Below are positions 17,652-27,274 of a stretch of DNA of 41,350 bases, piece by piece. The stretch spans positions 1 through 41,350 of IMG/VR virus record IMGVR_UViG_3300036770_005500; one strand, 5' to 3'. Each line of letters opens with the position of its first letter. Position 1 is the stretch's first letter. The stretch is from a virus (taxonomy: Duplodnaviria; Caudoviricetes). The notes beneath the pieces are model-generated. The model searched no databases, was not told where the DNA came from, and saw only the letters and a program-made list of their open reading frames with translations. The translations under genes were made by a program, and so were the position numbers.

Positions 17652-18223
17652 GTGAATAATCCTACATTCCTAACAAAAATTGTGCCATTGGTGTATCTCC
17701 AAACTTCTAAAATTAATGGGCTAGTTGATGAAGATACTTTAAACGAATTGCCTGCCCATCCACCGTCCCAGTTATTTTTCTTATAAGTGACTCCGCCGCT
17801 AGGATCTAGTTGAATAGTTCTTTCTGATCCATCACTATAGCATTCTAATACGATCTTTCCGACCCCTTCTGGCAAAAGTAGTTCGTTAGGAAAATTCAAA
17901 AATCCTACAGTAACATCTGCTCCGAATCTAAAGATTTGGTAATATCCATTTTCATAATCTACAGTAATTGAAACATTAATGGCCCCACCATCAAATACTG
18001 CATCTCTATTATACTGCATTACAGCTCTACTGATAATTTTATCGTTATAATCGTTGTCTTGATCAGTTCGTGCTGTATTATCTTGTAGGTCGGTAATTTC
18101 TTCGTAAGCATTTCTCAATGCCGTCTTGATCGTATCGAAATTATCTCTAAAGGTTTGTGTATCATTGTCCTGCCCAGCTACAGGAAAATTTTCATCTATT
18201 GCTGCGTAATTGATATTGCTCAC
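17648..18223 (-). CDS. Virion structural (baseplate/fibre) protein
   Basis: GQDNDTQTFRDNF N-terminus plus coiled coil; end of the structural operon. Confidence 0.65.
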   Translation of the reverse strand: MSNINYAAIDENFPVAGQDNDTQTFRDNFDTIKTALRNAYEEITDLQDNTARTDQDNDYNDKIISRAVMQYNRDAVFDGGAINVSITVDYENGYYQIFRFGADVTVGFLNFPNELLLPEGVGKIVLECYSDGSERTIQLDPSGGVTYKKNNWDGGWAGNSFKVSSSTSPLILEVWRYTNGTIFVRNVGLFT

Positions 18224-20862
18224 GGTAATTTTTCTCCACGTTGAGGGAATGCAAGATATTTATTACCTATTTGACCATCTATTACGTCGATCAGGTAACG
18301 ATCTGCTTCAAAATCTATGTCTTTAAAATCGAAATTCCTAAGCCAGAAATCAGTTTCTAAATTTGGAATTTTCGACGTATTGTCTGCTTTAGCTGTATAA
18401 TATCTGCCCTGATAAAGGACTGAATCGTTTATTCTGTAAAATGTGTCGTTGGCCCAAGTACCTCTAGATGCAAATCCTGTCCTGCCTTTGATTCTCGAAA
18501 TAATTTTATCTGACAACCCCGGCTTTACATAACAGATTACAAATACTGAAAGGTACCCAGTTTCTACAAAATCTTTGTCTTGTATGCTGCGCATCCAGAG
18601 GGGAAGATATGTGCGATCTCTTTCCCCTAAAGATTTAATTCTGCGCCTCATATTTTTAAATGAGTTTGGAAAGATTCGCTGATGATCGCTGTCGCTGACT
18701 AGCGGAATATCACTATCTATTTTAATTGCATCATAACTAACTAAAACCTTGCTATTGATATAATCAGGTAAATCAATAGTTTGTGATATGCTCTTACCAT
18801 TTTTTTCGTATTCATCTATAATGTCTACATATATAACTTCGTAGACAACTTCTTGGGTTAACGGATCTTTAGCACTAGCATAGTGTATGTCGCCAAACTT
18901 TATTCGTTTTCTGTAGTGATTTCTACTCATTGCCTGCACATAATTGACTGCTTCGAGGCTTTCTATACCTGCATACAATAACATTTTTATTTCAGTTTGA
19001 ATTCCAAAATTTGGGTCGCCATATCTATAAAGCTCGTTTGGTTTAAAAATATTGTTGTCTGAAATAAAATCAAACCATTCTAATCTTTTCTGTTTATGAG
19101 GAAATGATTTTAGATAGAGGTTAGCAAAAGTTTTTGTGTTATCAGATATTACCTGCACATAAAAATCTTTAATTAGTTCCGCAAAATTAGCTGTGTCTTT
19201 TGCTTTTATTTTGAACCTATATATTTTATCAAAACTAGTTGACCCGCCGTCAAATGACGTAAGAAAACTTCTTGAAAGAGTTGAACTATCTTCTGCTGAA
19301 TCCGTTCTTTCGTAGAATCTAGTAAGTCCGTCCCCCGAATCGTCAGCGAACTGTCTAACTTTTCCTATGATATCACCGGTGCCTAAAAGAGTTAGCCCGG
19401 GTGGTAATTTCCCCTCAGTAATTTGATAAACTACCTTACCACCATACAGCAAACTTCTTGCTTCTACTGATAAAGTGCTAGGTTGATTTGCCATAATAGT
19501 TCCAAGATCGCTGACTGTAATCCATTCTATGGCACTATCTATTTCTCCTATAATCTCTACAGTGAATGTCTTTTCTGCAGAAGCTACAGTTGGTTTCCAA
19601 TATACGCTATCTACCGCTGTTGGCAATTGATTAACATGTTCAAAGATGCATACATAGATAATTCCTTGATATCTGACCGCTTGATTAATATAATATCTTA
19701 CAGAATTATTCCAATCTCCTTGTAACACATAGTTTACATTAGCAAGGTCCGCTGAAAAATCTAATGCCTGTAATGTAAACTGATAGGTTTTACTAACTCT
19801 CGATTGATATGGAACACGCCCCGCGATTTCACCAGTGATGCTGTCCAATGTCATGCCCGGTGGTAACTCGCTAGGAGATCCATCGGGATTCTGTTGAACA
19901 AGCAGATATGCTATTGTTCCAGACAGAGTCGGAGGATCGTAAACATCCAGGTAGATAGTAACATAGTTGTTAGCCCTAAATGTTCCTAAATCACTTTCTG
20001 TTATCCAAATTGGAATTCTATTTGCAGTATTGTCAGCACGGAAAAGGTTAGTATCTACTTGAACAATGGTGTTATCGGCCTGCAGAAACTCATCAGTAAC
20101 TACCCACATCCTAAATAATCTGCGGGTTTCATTCGCTCCGTCAGTCGCTGCTACGATAAATGTATAAAATCTACTAAGGCGTCTCGGTACCTGAGACGGC
20201 TCGTTAAAATCAAAAGATTCTAAGTCATACAAGTAAGTATCATATCCTGTTGATCTAGGATCATGACGATCAAAATAAGTAATATCGAATGCGCCGATAT
20301 CATATCCTCCTGTAATTGCTGCGTCAATAGCAAATACAGGATCAGTGAATCCTGTTATTCTCCCATCTCTGGTTAAAGTTAGTCCTGGTGGTAGCTCACC
20401 ACCCTGCGGTACAAGATAATATTCGATCTCGTCTCCCGCGATCTCATCCGTATCATAGGCTTCTAATTGGAAATCAACAAACGCATTGTCTAACACAAAG
20501 TAATTTTCACCTTGACCGACATTTAAGAACCCTTCTCGTGTTACCCAAACCGGTTCGTCACTTCCGTCTACACTTAAAATAAAAGTTCGATCTTCTATAT
20601 CTTGTCCGTCGCTGGCTCTTATAACAAATCTACTTTCAGTGAATCTACGAACTTCTGTTGGGCTGCCGACGATGTGTGTGGCGCTTTGCGTACTGTCTGT
20701 TTCAACTTCTGTTGATAATCGTAAACCTCTAGGTAAAGTACCGGCCAGCAATTCAAATGTAACAGCTCCTACATCAGAAGTCGCTTCTAATCTTATAGAC
20801 TGTGTTAGCCTTTCGATTATAATTCCTAAGTTTCCTGCAGGAGTCTGCCATCTAACAGTCAT
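18220..20862 (-). CDS. Baseplate wedge-like protein with putative Ig (LPPGLTL) repeats
   Basis: Repeated G.LP.GL.L..G.I.G units and two W....Y.I...V.YQG..Y modules resembling CBM5/12. Confidence 0.7.
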   Translation of the reverse strand: MTVRWQTPAGNLGIIIERLTQSIRLEATSDVGAVTFELLAGTLPRGLRLSTEVETDSTQSATHIVGSPTEVRRFTESRFVIRASDGQDIEDRTFILSVDGSDEPVWVTREGFLNVGQGENYFVLDNAFVDFQLEAYDTDEIAGDEIEYYLVPQGGELPPGLTLTRDGRITGFTDPVFAIDAAITGGYDIGAFDITYFDRHDPRSTGYDTYLYDLESFDFNEPSQVPRRLSRFYTFIVAATDGANETRRLFRMWVVTDEFLQADNTIVQVDTNLFRADNTANRIPIWITESDLGTFRANNYVTIYLDVYDPPTLSGTIAYLLVQQNPDGSPSELPPGMTLDSITGEIAGRVPYQSRVSKTYQFTLQALDFSADLANVNYVLQGDWNNSVRYYINQAVRYQGIIYVCIFEHVNQLPTAVDSVYWKPTVASAEKTFTVEIIGEIDSAIEWITVSDLGTIMANQPSTLSVEARSLLYGGKVVYQITEGKLPPGLTLLGTGDIIGKVRQFADDSGDGLTRFYERTDSAEDSSTLSRSFLTSFDGGSTSFDKIYRFKIKAKDTANFAELIKDFYVQVISDNTKTFANLYLKSFPHKQKRLEWFDFISDNNIFKPNELYRYGDPNFGIQTEIKMLLYAGIESLEAVNYVQAMSRNHYRKRIKFGDIHYASAKDPLTQEVVYEVIYVDIIDEYEKNGKSISQTIDLPDYINSKVLVSYDAIKIDSDIPLVSDSDHQRIFPNSFKNMRRRIKSLGERDRTYLPLWMRSIQDKDFVETGYLSVFVICYVKPGLSDKIISRIKGRTGFASRGTWANDTFYRINDSVLYQGRYYTAKADNTSKIPNLETDFWLRNFDFKDIDFEADRYLIDVIDGQIGNKYLAFPQRGEKLP

Positions 20863-20872
20863 TGTAAAATCC

Positions 20873-21418
20873 TTAAATAGCGCCTAAATCTATGTAAAAA
20901 TCTCCCGGATTGGTTATCGTACCTAGATCTACATTAAGAGAAGAGACAGCAAACTGTAGAGATGTTGTAAAATTTGAAGCGATTGGTCCAAAATCGAGAC
21001 TGGTAAAAAGTGTTTCTAAATCTCTATCCGTATCTATTGTTATAACTTGACCTGATGCTGTTACACTGATATTATCACTTCCCTGAATAGTGATATTTTC
21101 GTAATCGTCTGCTAAGATTACACCTGTGTCGGTATCTATCCTTGTAAATGCGTCTGGTTGAGTACAGTCGATCCTAATCGCATCTGTGAACCCTACTAAA
21201 TCTATTTTTGTTCCGGCCAATAGGTTTTTAAATATTAGATTGCTTCCGGTTCCATTTGCTACTAAACCTTGGCCAGTCGTAGTAGCGTTTGACGCGGTTA
21301 CTATAAGTGACGCCTGAAGATCTGTGAAATTAGCATTAACTTTTTGGAACGCGGTGCGTAGATCATCGCCTAGTCCGTCGTTTACTATGTTACCTATATT
21401 GATCGTTTGTATGGCCAT
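20873..21418 (-). CDS. Baseplate/fibre protein with a T4 gp9/gp10-like N-terminus
   Basis: NIG..NDGLGDDLRTAFQKVNANF; TAAATA at 21439-21444. Confidence 0.75.
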   Translation of the reverse strand: MAIQTINIGNIVNDGLGDDLRTAFQKVNANFTDLQASLIVTASNATTTGQGLVANGTGSNLIFKNLLAGTKIDLVGFTDAIRIDCTQPDAFTRIDTDTGVILADDYENITIQGSDNISVTASGQVITIDTDRDLETLFTSLDFGPIASNFTTSLQFAVSSLNVDLGTITNPGDFYIDLGAI

Positions 21419-21447
21419 TTTGCGCTCTCTTTATCGTATATTTACCG

Positions 21448-22170
21448 TTATAGTCCGTACTTAGATTTGGTAGCATCGTAGTTCTGTAGTATTTCACCCG
21501 CGGTTAACACCCTATCATAGATGAACAATTCACCCAAATCTCCGGTGTATTGATAGCTGCCCTGAGGATTGGCCCCACCACTGGTAAATGCTGATCTTCC
21601 CCACCATACTTCTTGTGCGTTTGCGATATTACCTACGAACGAATCGCCCTGTGAAGCGATCAAACTACCGTTTACATACAATGCCTGTGTTGAGTCATTT
21701 CTCGTGAACATTACATAATACCATTCACCGTCATTGTAGGCAGGCCCGCCGGTACTGGAGATACTGGCCTGACCCGCTCCGCTCTGTGCTATGTCACCTA
21801 TGATGGTTCCACCGTTCAACCATATGCGATAGTTCCAGGGATATCCTGCTGTGGTTTCTTTTGATAGGATCATCTTGATGCCAGCAGCCGAAGTGCGGAA
21901 CCAAGCACCTACTGAAAATTCTTCTGCAGCCAGGCTTTGATTGGTGTCCACATATTCTGTGGTGCCGTCGTAGGTGAAATATGTGGTATTGTAGGCAGGA
22001 GCACCTACCAAAGTAGTTGTGTAGGCATTGTCACTGGAATCAGTCCAAGATGTGCCAGAGCCGGAATAGGTAGAGGGTTTTAAATACAGTTGTAGGTTAG
22101 ATCGAACTATATCTAACGAAATGGCCCGCCTACGACCAAAACTGAAAGATCCTGTAAAAGAACTCAGCAT
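21448..22170 (-). CDS. LamG/concanavalin A-like lectin domain virion protein
   Basis: FSVGAWF, WYYVMFT, LYVNG and IYDRVLTAGEILQNY motifs. Confidence 0.85.
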   Translation of the reverse strand: MLSSFTGSFSFGRRRAISLDIVRSNLQLYLKPSTYSGSGTSWTDSSDNAYTTTLVGAPAYNTTYFTYDGTTEYVDTNQSLAAEEFSVGAWFRTSAAGIKMILSKETTAGYPWNYRIWLNGGTIIGDIAQSGAGQASISSTGGPAYNDGEWYYVMFTRNDSTQALYVNGSLIASQGDSFVGNIANAQEVWWGRSAFTSGGANPQGSYQYTGDLGELFIYDRVLTAGEILQNYDATKSKYGL

Positions 22171-22171
22171 A

Positions 22172-25100
22172 TTAGAATCCTGTTAGTTGCCCAAAGACGA
22201 TATAAGAGCCACCAGTTACCGCTAAGATACTAAACGATACCACATCCTGTCTATTGGTGCTAGGAGTAGGTGTAGCATTGCCCTGCCAGTTTATAGTCTG
22301 TGCTGCTCCGCCTATCTGTAAAGCATTTGGATAATATCCCGTGCCTCCTTGATCGATGATGATAGTTATTGTTGTGGCATAATTCGTTATTAGAGTAAAG
22401 TTTGTGAGATTCACGGTCCAGTTAGCATCTGGGCTCGCGTGGTAGAATATATGTCCTCCAGAGCAGTCGTGATTGACTGCGCCAGTGGCATCTGCCAGTT
22501 CCTGGAACTTTTCTTGGATGGCTTTTCCAAAATAAGCATCATCCATTAAGAACACATCACCATTCATAACGGTATTGCTGTTCGTATCCGAAGCACCGAT
22601 GGTTATGCCATTATCTAGTCCAACGGTACCTGCGATAATACCACCACTGCTTAATTGTATGGAACCCGGTAAGTTGAGAACACCATCCTCACCAAATGTC
22701 CAGCGGCGTAGAGTGGAATCACTCAAGTTGATGTCGATGTTGATAGCACTTTCGCTGCGGATGTCACCCGGTATAGTTAGATTACCATCTTCTCCGAATG
22801 TTAAAATTTTGCTGGTATCAGTAGCTGTGAGTTTTACACCATCAGGTCCTTTTAATTCTAAATAGCCACTAGATGTTTTATTAAATGTTCCATTCTGGCC
22901 ATCAAATGTCCAGCTGTGATATGAACCAGGCGGTCCATAGTAGGCTTTGACTGTCATAACAGCAGCGGCGTCGATACTTCCAGAACTTGGCAGAGTTAGA
23001 CTACCGTCTGTGCCAAAGGTCCAGGTCTTAGCCGTGTTGGCGACATCAGTGCGGATTTCCAGATTGGCCACTGTGCGTATCGCGCTGTCCACCGTGTCGT
23101 TGAGTTGTATGGCGGTATTGCTATTGGGCTCGGCCGCAAGCACCAGAGTGCTGGCCGTGCTGGTACCAGTGATTTGACCCGCCACTGTGATGTCACCAGG
23201 AGCAGTAAGGTTTCCATCCTCTCCAAACTGCCATTCATATGCCTCGTTATTCCAGTCAGTCTCTATGGTGATGCCGCTGGTTCGACTGAGGTTGCGCAGA
23301 CGCATGCTGCTTCGGCCGTCGATGTAGATATCGTCGCCAGACTCCAATCTGATATCTCTGCGAGTGTTGACACGGAAGTTGCTGTCGTCCAGGGCTATGG
23401 CATAGCTGTTGTCGTTTCTGTCTAATTCCAATGTTGAGACGAAATCGTAGAAGAATTCCGCTGTTGTGATTGCTGTGGGATCCGAGGCGGGAGTTTCTGC
23501 CACCTCCACTCTCCAATTAGTATCGCCCGAGAAACTTGCGCCCGTCACGGTCAGAGTTTGTGTGTCGTTGATCCTAACTGTGATATTGCTGTAGCCAGCA
23601 GCCCACGGGGAGCCGGAACCAGCGAAATGCGAGTCGAATCTTTCCAGCAGAGTTTCTAGATATATGTCCTCGACTCCGGTGAAGTCGATGTTGTTGCCCG
23701 ACCAAGATGCTGATGTGTAAGAACCGCCCGCATCAGTGTAGAGACTAAGAGCGGTTTGGTTACTGTTGAGACTGATCTTGCCAGATTCTACACGGAGATT
23801 TTCCTCGGCTGTGCCTATGAAACCTTGGGTCGTAATGTTTCCAGGAAACTCTGTGTTTCCATCCTCACCGAAAGTCCATCGTCTCAATGTACTGTCTGAT
23901 AGGTTAATGTCGATGTTGATGGCCGTTTCGCTCTTGATATCGCCGGGTAAGGTTAGGCTACCATCCGTGTCAAAGATCCAATATTTTGCGTCAGTGGTAA
24001 AATTAGTAGCGATGCCAAATGATAAATCGCTACGAATATTGAATCCGTCTATGCTTTCGCCGATGTTATAATCGTCATTGGTAGAACTTGCGAAGTGTAA
24101 AAATCTATTGTCGTCAAACAACCAAGATCCTGCGCCAGTGGTGATTTCTACACCAGCACCCATTTGGTTTTGTATCCATAATGTATCTGTCTCGCCAGTC
24201 TCAACATTAGGTATCGATATGCTTGGACTGCCTTCGCCAACTTCACCTGCTAGATATATTCTATCACCAGTGCCACCGTAAAGGTTGCCATTAAATGTTG
24301 CGGGTCCAGGGACACCAAAACTGCCATCACTACCAAATGCGAATGATGAAGCACCGCTAGATGTGTTGTTGACGCCTATATAGAAATCTCTGTCAGTGGT
24401 GATGGACAGCGTAGCATAACCTGCCCCCGCCGTGCCCGCCAAGCCCATATTCACAAAGTTGGGGCTGTCTGTGCTGTCCAAATCCTGATTGAAAGGATTT
24501 TCTGGTCCTGTGTATGCTGTTGTTTGTGTAGTGCTATCTGGGAATGTGATGCTACCGTTGGTATTGAAACTCCACTCTCTGTTGATCAGTGCAGGAGGAT
24601 CTGCTGAATCGCCACCGAATATTTTCAGCAGTATAGGCGCCGCACCGCTGGATGCTGTGATGTTGTTGGCACTGAATGAAAAGTTTCCCAGCGTGGGGAT
24701 GGTTGGCTTGTTGCTTAGATCGTTGTAGCTACCGCTGGTAGCCACAGTAGCAGCACCACTTATCACGCTCCACGGTATAATACCATTGGTGGCATCTACC
24801 AATAGTGTGCTGTCGTCTGCGAACACTGAACCTTTGAGATCGCCTGTGGGGTTAACTGTGATACCTGCCGCAGCTTCTGCTGCTGTGATGTATCCAACAT
24901 CGTTGGTAAATTCGCTAACAGCCGTTGGTGTATTTGATAAATCAGTGTAACTACCACTTGTGGCCACAGTGGCGAACGTGGGTTTGCCTGTGACATTCGC
25001 CCAGGCTGCTGTGCCAACATCTGCAACAGCCTGTCCGCCTATCAATAAATTTCCAACATTGTCAACACCTAGAGTTGTCGCTCCTAGATAGATGGTATTT

Positions 25101-25444
25101 GAGCTTAGATATAGATCACGAAATCTGTTTGTCGGACTTCCGATGTCTGCTGCTACATTACCCGAAGGTATTATATCGCCCCCTACCGTCAAGTCACTTT
25201 CTGTAGTAATCGGCTGGGCTATTACTATTGTTGTCGCTGTGCTGTCGTCGTTGGTTGAATTAGTTAATCTTACAGTATTTTCTTCGAATACGAAATTACC
25301 TAGATTCAATGTCGTGTCAGCACTTAGACCTAATGCAGTGTATACTTCTGTGAAGTTGGCGTTGATTTTAGTAAATGCTGTGCGCAGACTATCACCACTC
25401 CTGTCGTTAGCTGTAGTTCCTGTGTTTACTGTTTGCTTTGCCAT
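22172..25444 (-). CDS. Tail fibre protein (1090 aa)
   Basis: gp9/gp10-like N-terminus, VATSGSY.DL repeats and multiple W.F..DG.L..PG repeats. Confidence 0.85.
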   Translation of the reverse strand: MAKQTVNTGTTANDRSGDSLRTAFTKINANFTEVYTALGLSADTTLNLGNFVFEENTVRLTNSTNDDSTATTIVIAQPITTESDLTVGGDIIPSGNVAADIGSPTNRFRDLYLSSNTIYLGATTLGVDNVGNLLIGGQAVADVGTAAWANVTGKPTFATVATSGSYTDLSNTPTAVSEFTNDVGYITAAEAAAGITVNPTGDLKGSVFADDSTLLVDATNGIIPWSVISGAATVATSGSYNDLSNKPTIPTLGNFSFSANNITASSGAAPILLKIFGGDSADPPALINREWSFNTNGSITFPDSTTQTTAYTGPENPFNQDLDSTDSPNFVNMGLAGTAGAGYATLSITTDRDFYIGVNNTSSGASSFAFGSDGSFGVPGPATFNGNLYGGTGDRIYLAGEVGEGSPSISIPNVETGETDTLWIQNQMGAGVEITTGAGSWLFDDNRFLHFASSTNDDYNIGESIDGFNIRSDLSFGIATNFTTDAKYWIFDTDGSLTLPGDIKSETAINIDINLSDSTLRRWTFGEDGNTEFPGNITTQGFIGTAEENLRVESGKISLNSNQTALSLYTDAGGSYTSASWSGNNIDFTGVEDIYLETLLERFDSHFAGSGSPWAAGYSNITVRINDTQTLTVTGASFSGDTNWRVEVAETPASDPTAITTAEFFYDFVSTLELDRNDNSYAIALDDSNFRVNTRRDIRLESGDDIYIDGRSSMRLRNLSRTSGITIETDWNNEAYEWQFGEDGNLTAPGDITVAGQITGTSTASTLVLAAEPNSNTAIQLNDTVDSAIRTVANLEIRTDVANTAKTWTFGTDGSLTLPSSGSIDAAAVMTVKAYYGPPGSYHSWTFDGQNGTFNKTSSGYLELKGPDGVKLTATDTSKILTFGEDGNLTIPGDIRSESAINIDINLSDSTLRRWTFGEDGVLNLPGSIQLSSGGIIAGTVGLDNGITIGASDTNSNTVMNGDVFLMDDAYFGKAIQEKFQELADATGAVNHDCSGGHIFYHASPDANWTVNLTNFTLITNYATTITIIIDQGGTGYYPNALQIGGAAQTINWQGNATPTPSTNRQDVVSFSILAVTGGSYIVFGQLTGF
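22682..23947 (-). repeat. Duplicated 30 aa module (copies at 23858-23947 and 22682-22771)
   Basis: PGDI(K/R)SE(T/S)AINIDINLSDSTLRRWTFGEDG, 28/30 aa identical with many synonymous differences. Confidence 0.9.
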
Positions 25445-25456
25445 CTACGTCGCCCC

Positions 25457-27274
25457 TTATAGTGCCGCTATTCTTGTTTGGAAGTCAGCGAAATTTGCGC
25501 TGGCAGCCACTACCGATTTTAATTCTGTTAAGTTAATTACTCTGCTTCCATTAACTGTCAATCTTTCAGCTACAGTAATATCGTTTTCGAATGTAACATC
25601 AGTGTTAAATGTTGTTTGAACATCTATAGTGATACCGCTGGAATCATTGGTAGAAATAGTGCTACCTATGAATTCTAACACACTGCTTGAAAATAATTCT
25701 TTGGTTGATGTGTTGTACATCAACGGAGTGCCGTTGGCAGTTGAACGGATAGGATCAACGTAGAAACCAGCCGCCGCACTTGTTAGAGCTAAACCAGTAG
25801 CGTTTAAAATAATACTGTTAGCATTTGTCCCGCCAACTCCCGCATTCTGTCCTATAGCTATAGAGTTAGCACCTTGACTGACTCCACCGCTCAACGATCC
25901 GATAGCAACGGCATAATCTCCTTGGTTAGTAGATCCTGCCTGATCACCAATAGCTATACCTCTCTGTCCTTGACTTGCTCCGCCTGCGGCATATCCAATT
26001 GCCACACCACTAAAACCTTGTCCAGTATTACCTGCGGCAGATCCAACAGCCACTGCTCCTGCACCTTGATTAGTTACACCAGACAATGCACCTATAGCGA
26101 CACCATTTGCTGCTTGATTAGTTCTACCAGCAAGATTGCCTACAGCAACAGTATCTGCACCCTGAGTAATTTCACCAGCTGAAGTTCCTAACGCTATTTT
26201 TGTTTCTGCGGTTCGCAATGTTGTTGCTTGTATGTTCCCATATATGGTCGAGCTGTTACCGTCTACCAGCTGTGTAGAATCATCAGCGAATATCGAACCT
26301 TTGACATTACCTGTGAATGTACCTTGCACAACTTCAGCAGGAATAATTCCGTTGACACTATCTACAAGCAGTGTGGAGTCGTCTGAAAACACAGAACCTT
26401 TTATATCTAGTCTATCTTGGAGACCTATAATAACTGAATTAGTGCCTGGATCTGTAGAAATGATTACTCCGGACCCGCTGGCAAAAGTTAATGTGCTGTT
26501 AGGACCAACAGCATCTAATGTTGTATTATTTTGCACAGCTATAAATCTGTGTACAGGCTGAATAATGTTTGGGGCGGAATTTGAAATATTAACAGTTCCT
26601 GTGCTGGCATCTAAAGAGATACCACTGCCAGGGTCAGTTACAACACTGGTTACACCAGTGTTTGTAAAAGTTACACTGCCAGTGGCAGAACTTACTGAGA
26701 TACCAGTACTGCCAGCTACAGATGTGACTCCGGTATTTGTTAACGTTATAGCGCCAGTAGCAGATGACACCGAGATTCCTGAACTACCAGTAAGAGCAGT
26801 TACTCCTGTGTTAGTGAAAGTAATTGTGTCTGTACTAGGATTCGTCGTTATACTGATATTGCTGCCTGATAGATATAAAACTCCTGTTTCGGTGTTAGCT
26901 AAAACATCGCTTTGCCCTGAAACAGATATCTGGCCAAAACTTACGTTTGTTGGATCTTTTATCAGCGATCCGCCAACGGTACTGCCTGGAGGAAGATTTA
27001 CAGCGCCTGAAAGGTCAGCTGTGATCAGCGCATCACCCAGATAAAGTGAACTGCCGCTTAGATAAAGATCTCTCCATCTTCGACTTAGGCTACCAAGATC
27101 TCTGGTCAATGTTGTGTCGGGTATTAGATCAGCAGCGATATTTGAAAGGTCAACGCCACTGCCTCCTATGCTAAGATATAGTTCTGTGAAGTTAGCGTTT
27201 ATTTTTTGGAAGGCGTCATCTATAGTGCTCCAGACTATGGGTGGGTTTCCTTGATTTATTGTTTGCTGTGACAT
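25457..27274 (-). CDS. Tail fibre/adhesin with YadA-head-like repeats
   Basis: About 15 aa repeats of (V/I)A(I/V)G..AG..(N/S)Q and G(S/T)GISVS..TG.VT.TNTGVT repeats. Confidence 0.8.
   Translation of the reverse strand: MSQQTINQGNPPIVWSTIDDAFQKINANFTELYLSIGGSGVDLSNIAADLIPDTTLTRDLGSLSRRWRDLYLSGSSLYLGDALITADLSGAVNLPPGSTVGGSLIKDPTNVSFGQISVSGQSDVLANTETGVLYLSGSNISITTNPSTDTITFTNTGVTALTGSSGISVSSATGAITLTNTGVTSVAGSTGISVSSATGSVTFTNTGVTSVVTDPGSGISLDASTGTVNISNSAPNIIQPVHRFIAVQNNTTLDAVGPNSTLTFASGSGVIISTDPGTNSVIIGLQDRLDIKGSVFSDDSTLLVDSVNGIIPAEVVQGTFTGNVKGSIFADDSTQLVDGNSSTIYGNIQATTLRTAETKIALGTSAGEITQGADTVAVGNLAGRTNQAANGVAIGALSGVTNQGAGAVAVGSAAGNTGQGFSGVAIGYAAGGASQGQRGIAIGDQAGSTNQGDYAVAIGSLSGGVSQGANSIAIGQNAGVGGTNANSIILNATGLALTSAAAGFYVDPIRSTANGTPLMYNTSTKELFSSSVLEFIGSTISTNDSSGITIDVQTTFNTDVTFENDITVAERLTVNGSRVINLTELKSVVAASANFADFQTRIAAL

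Noticed and set aside
22172-27274. CRISPR array or diversity-generating retroelement suggested by repeats
   Set aside because: The repeats are in-frame protein repeats with synonymous divergence, not adenine-specific. No reverse transcriptase, cas gene or repeat-spacer pattern is present.
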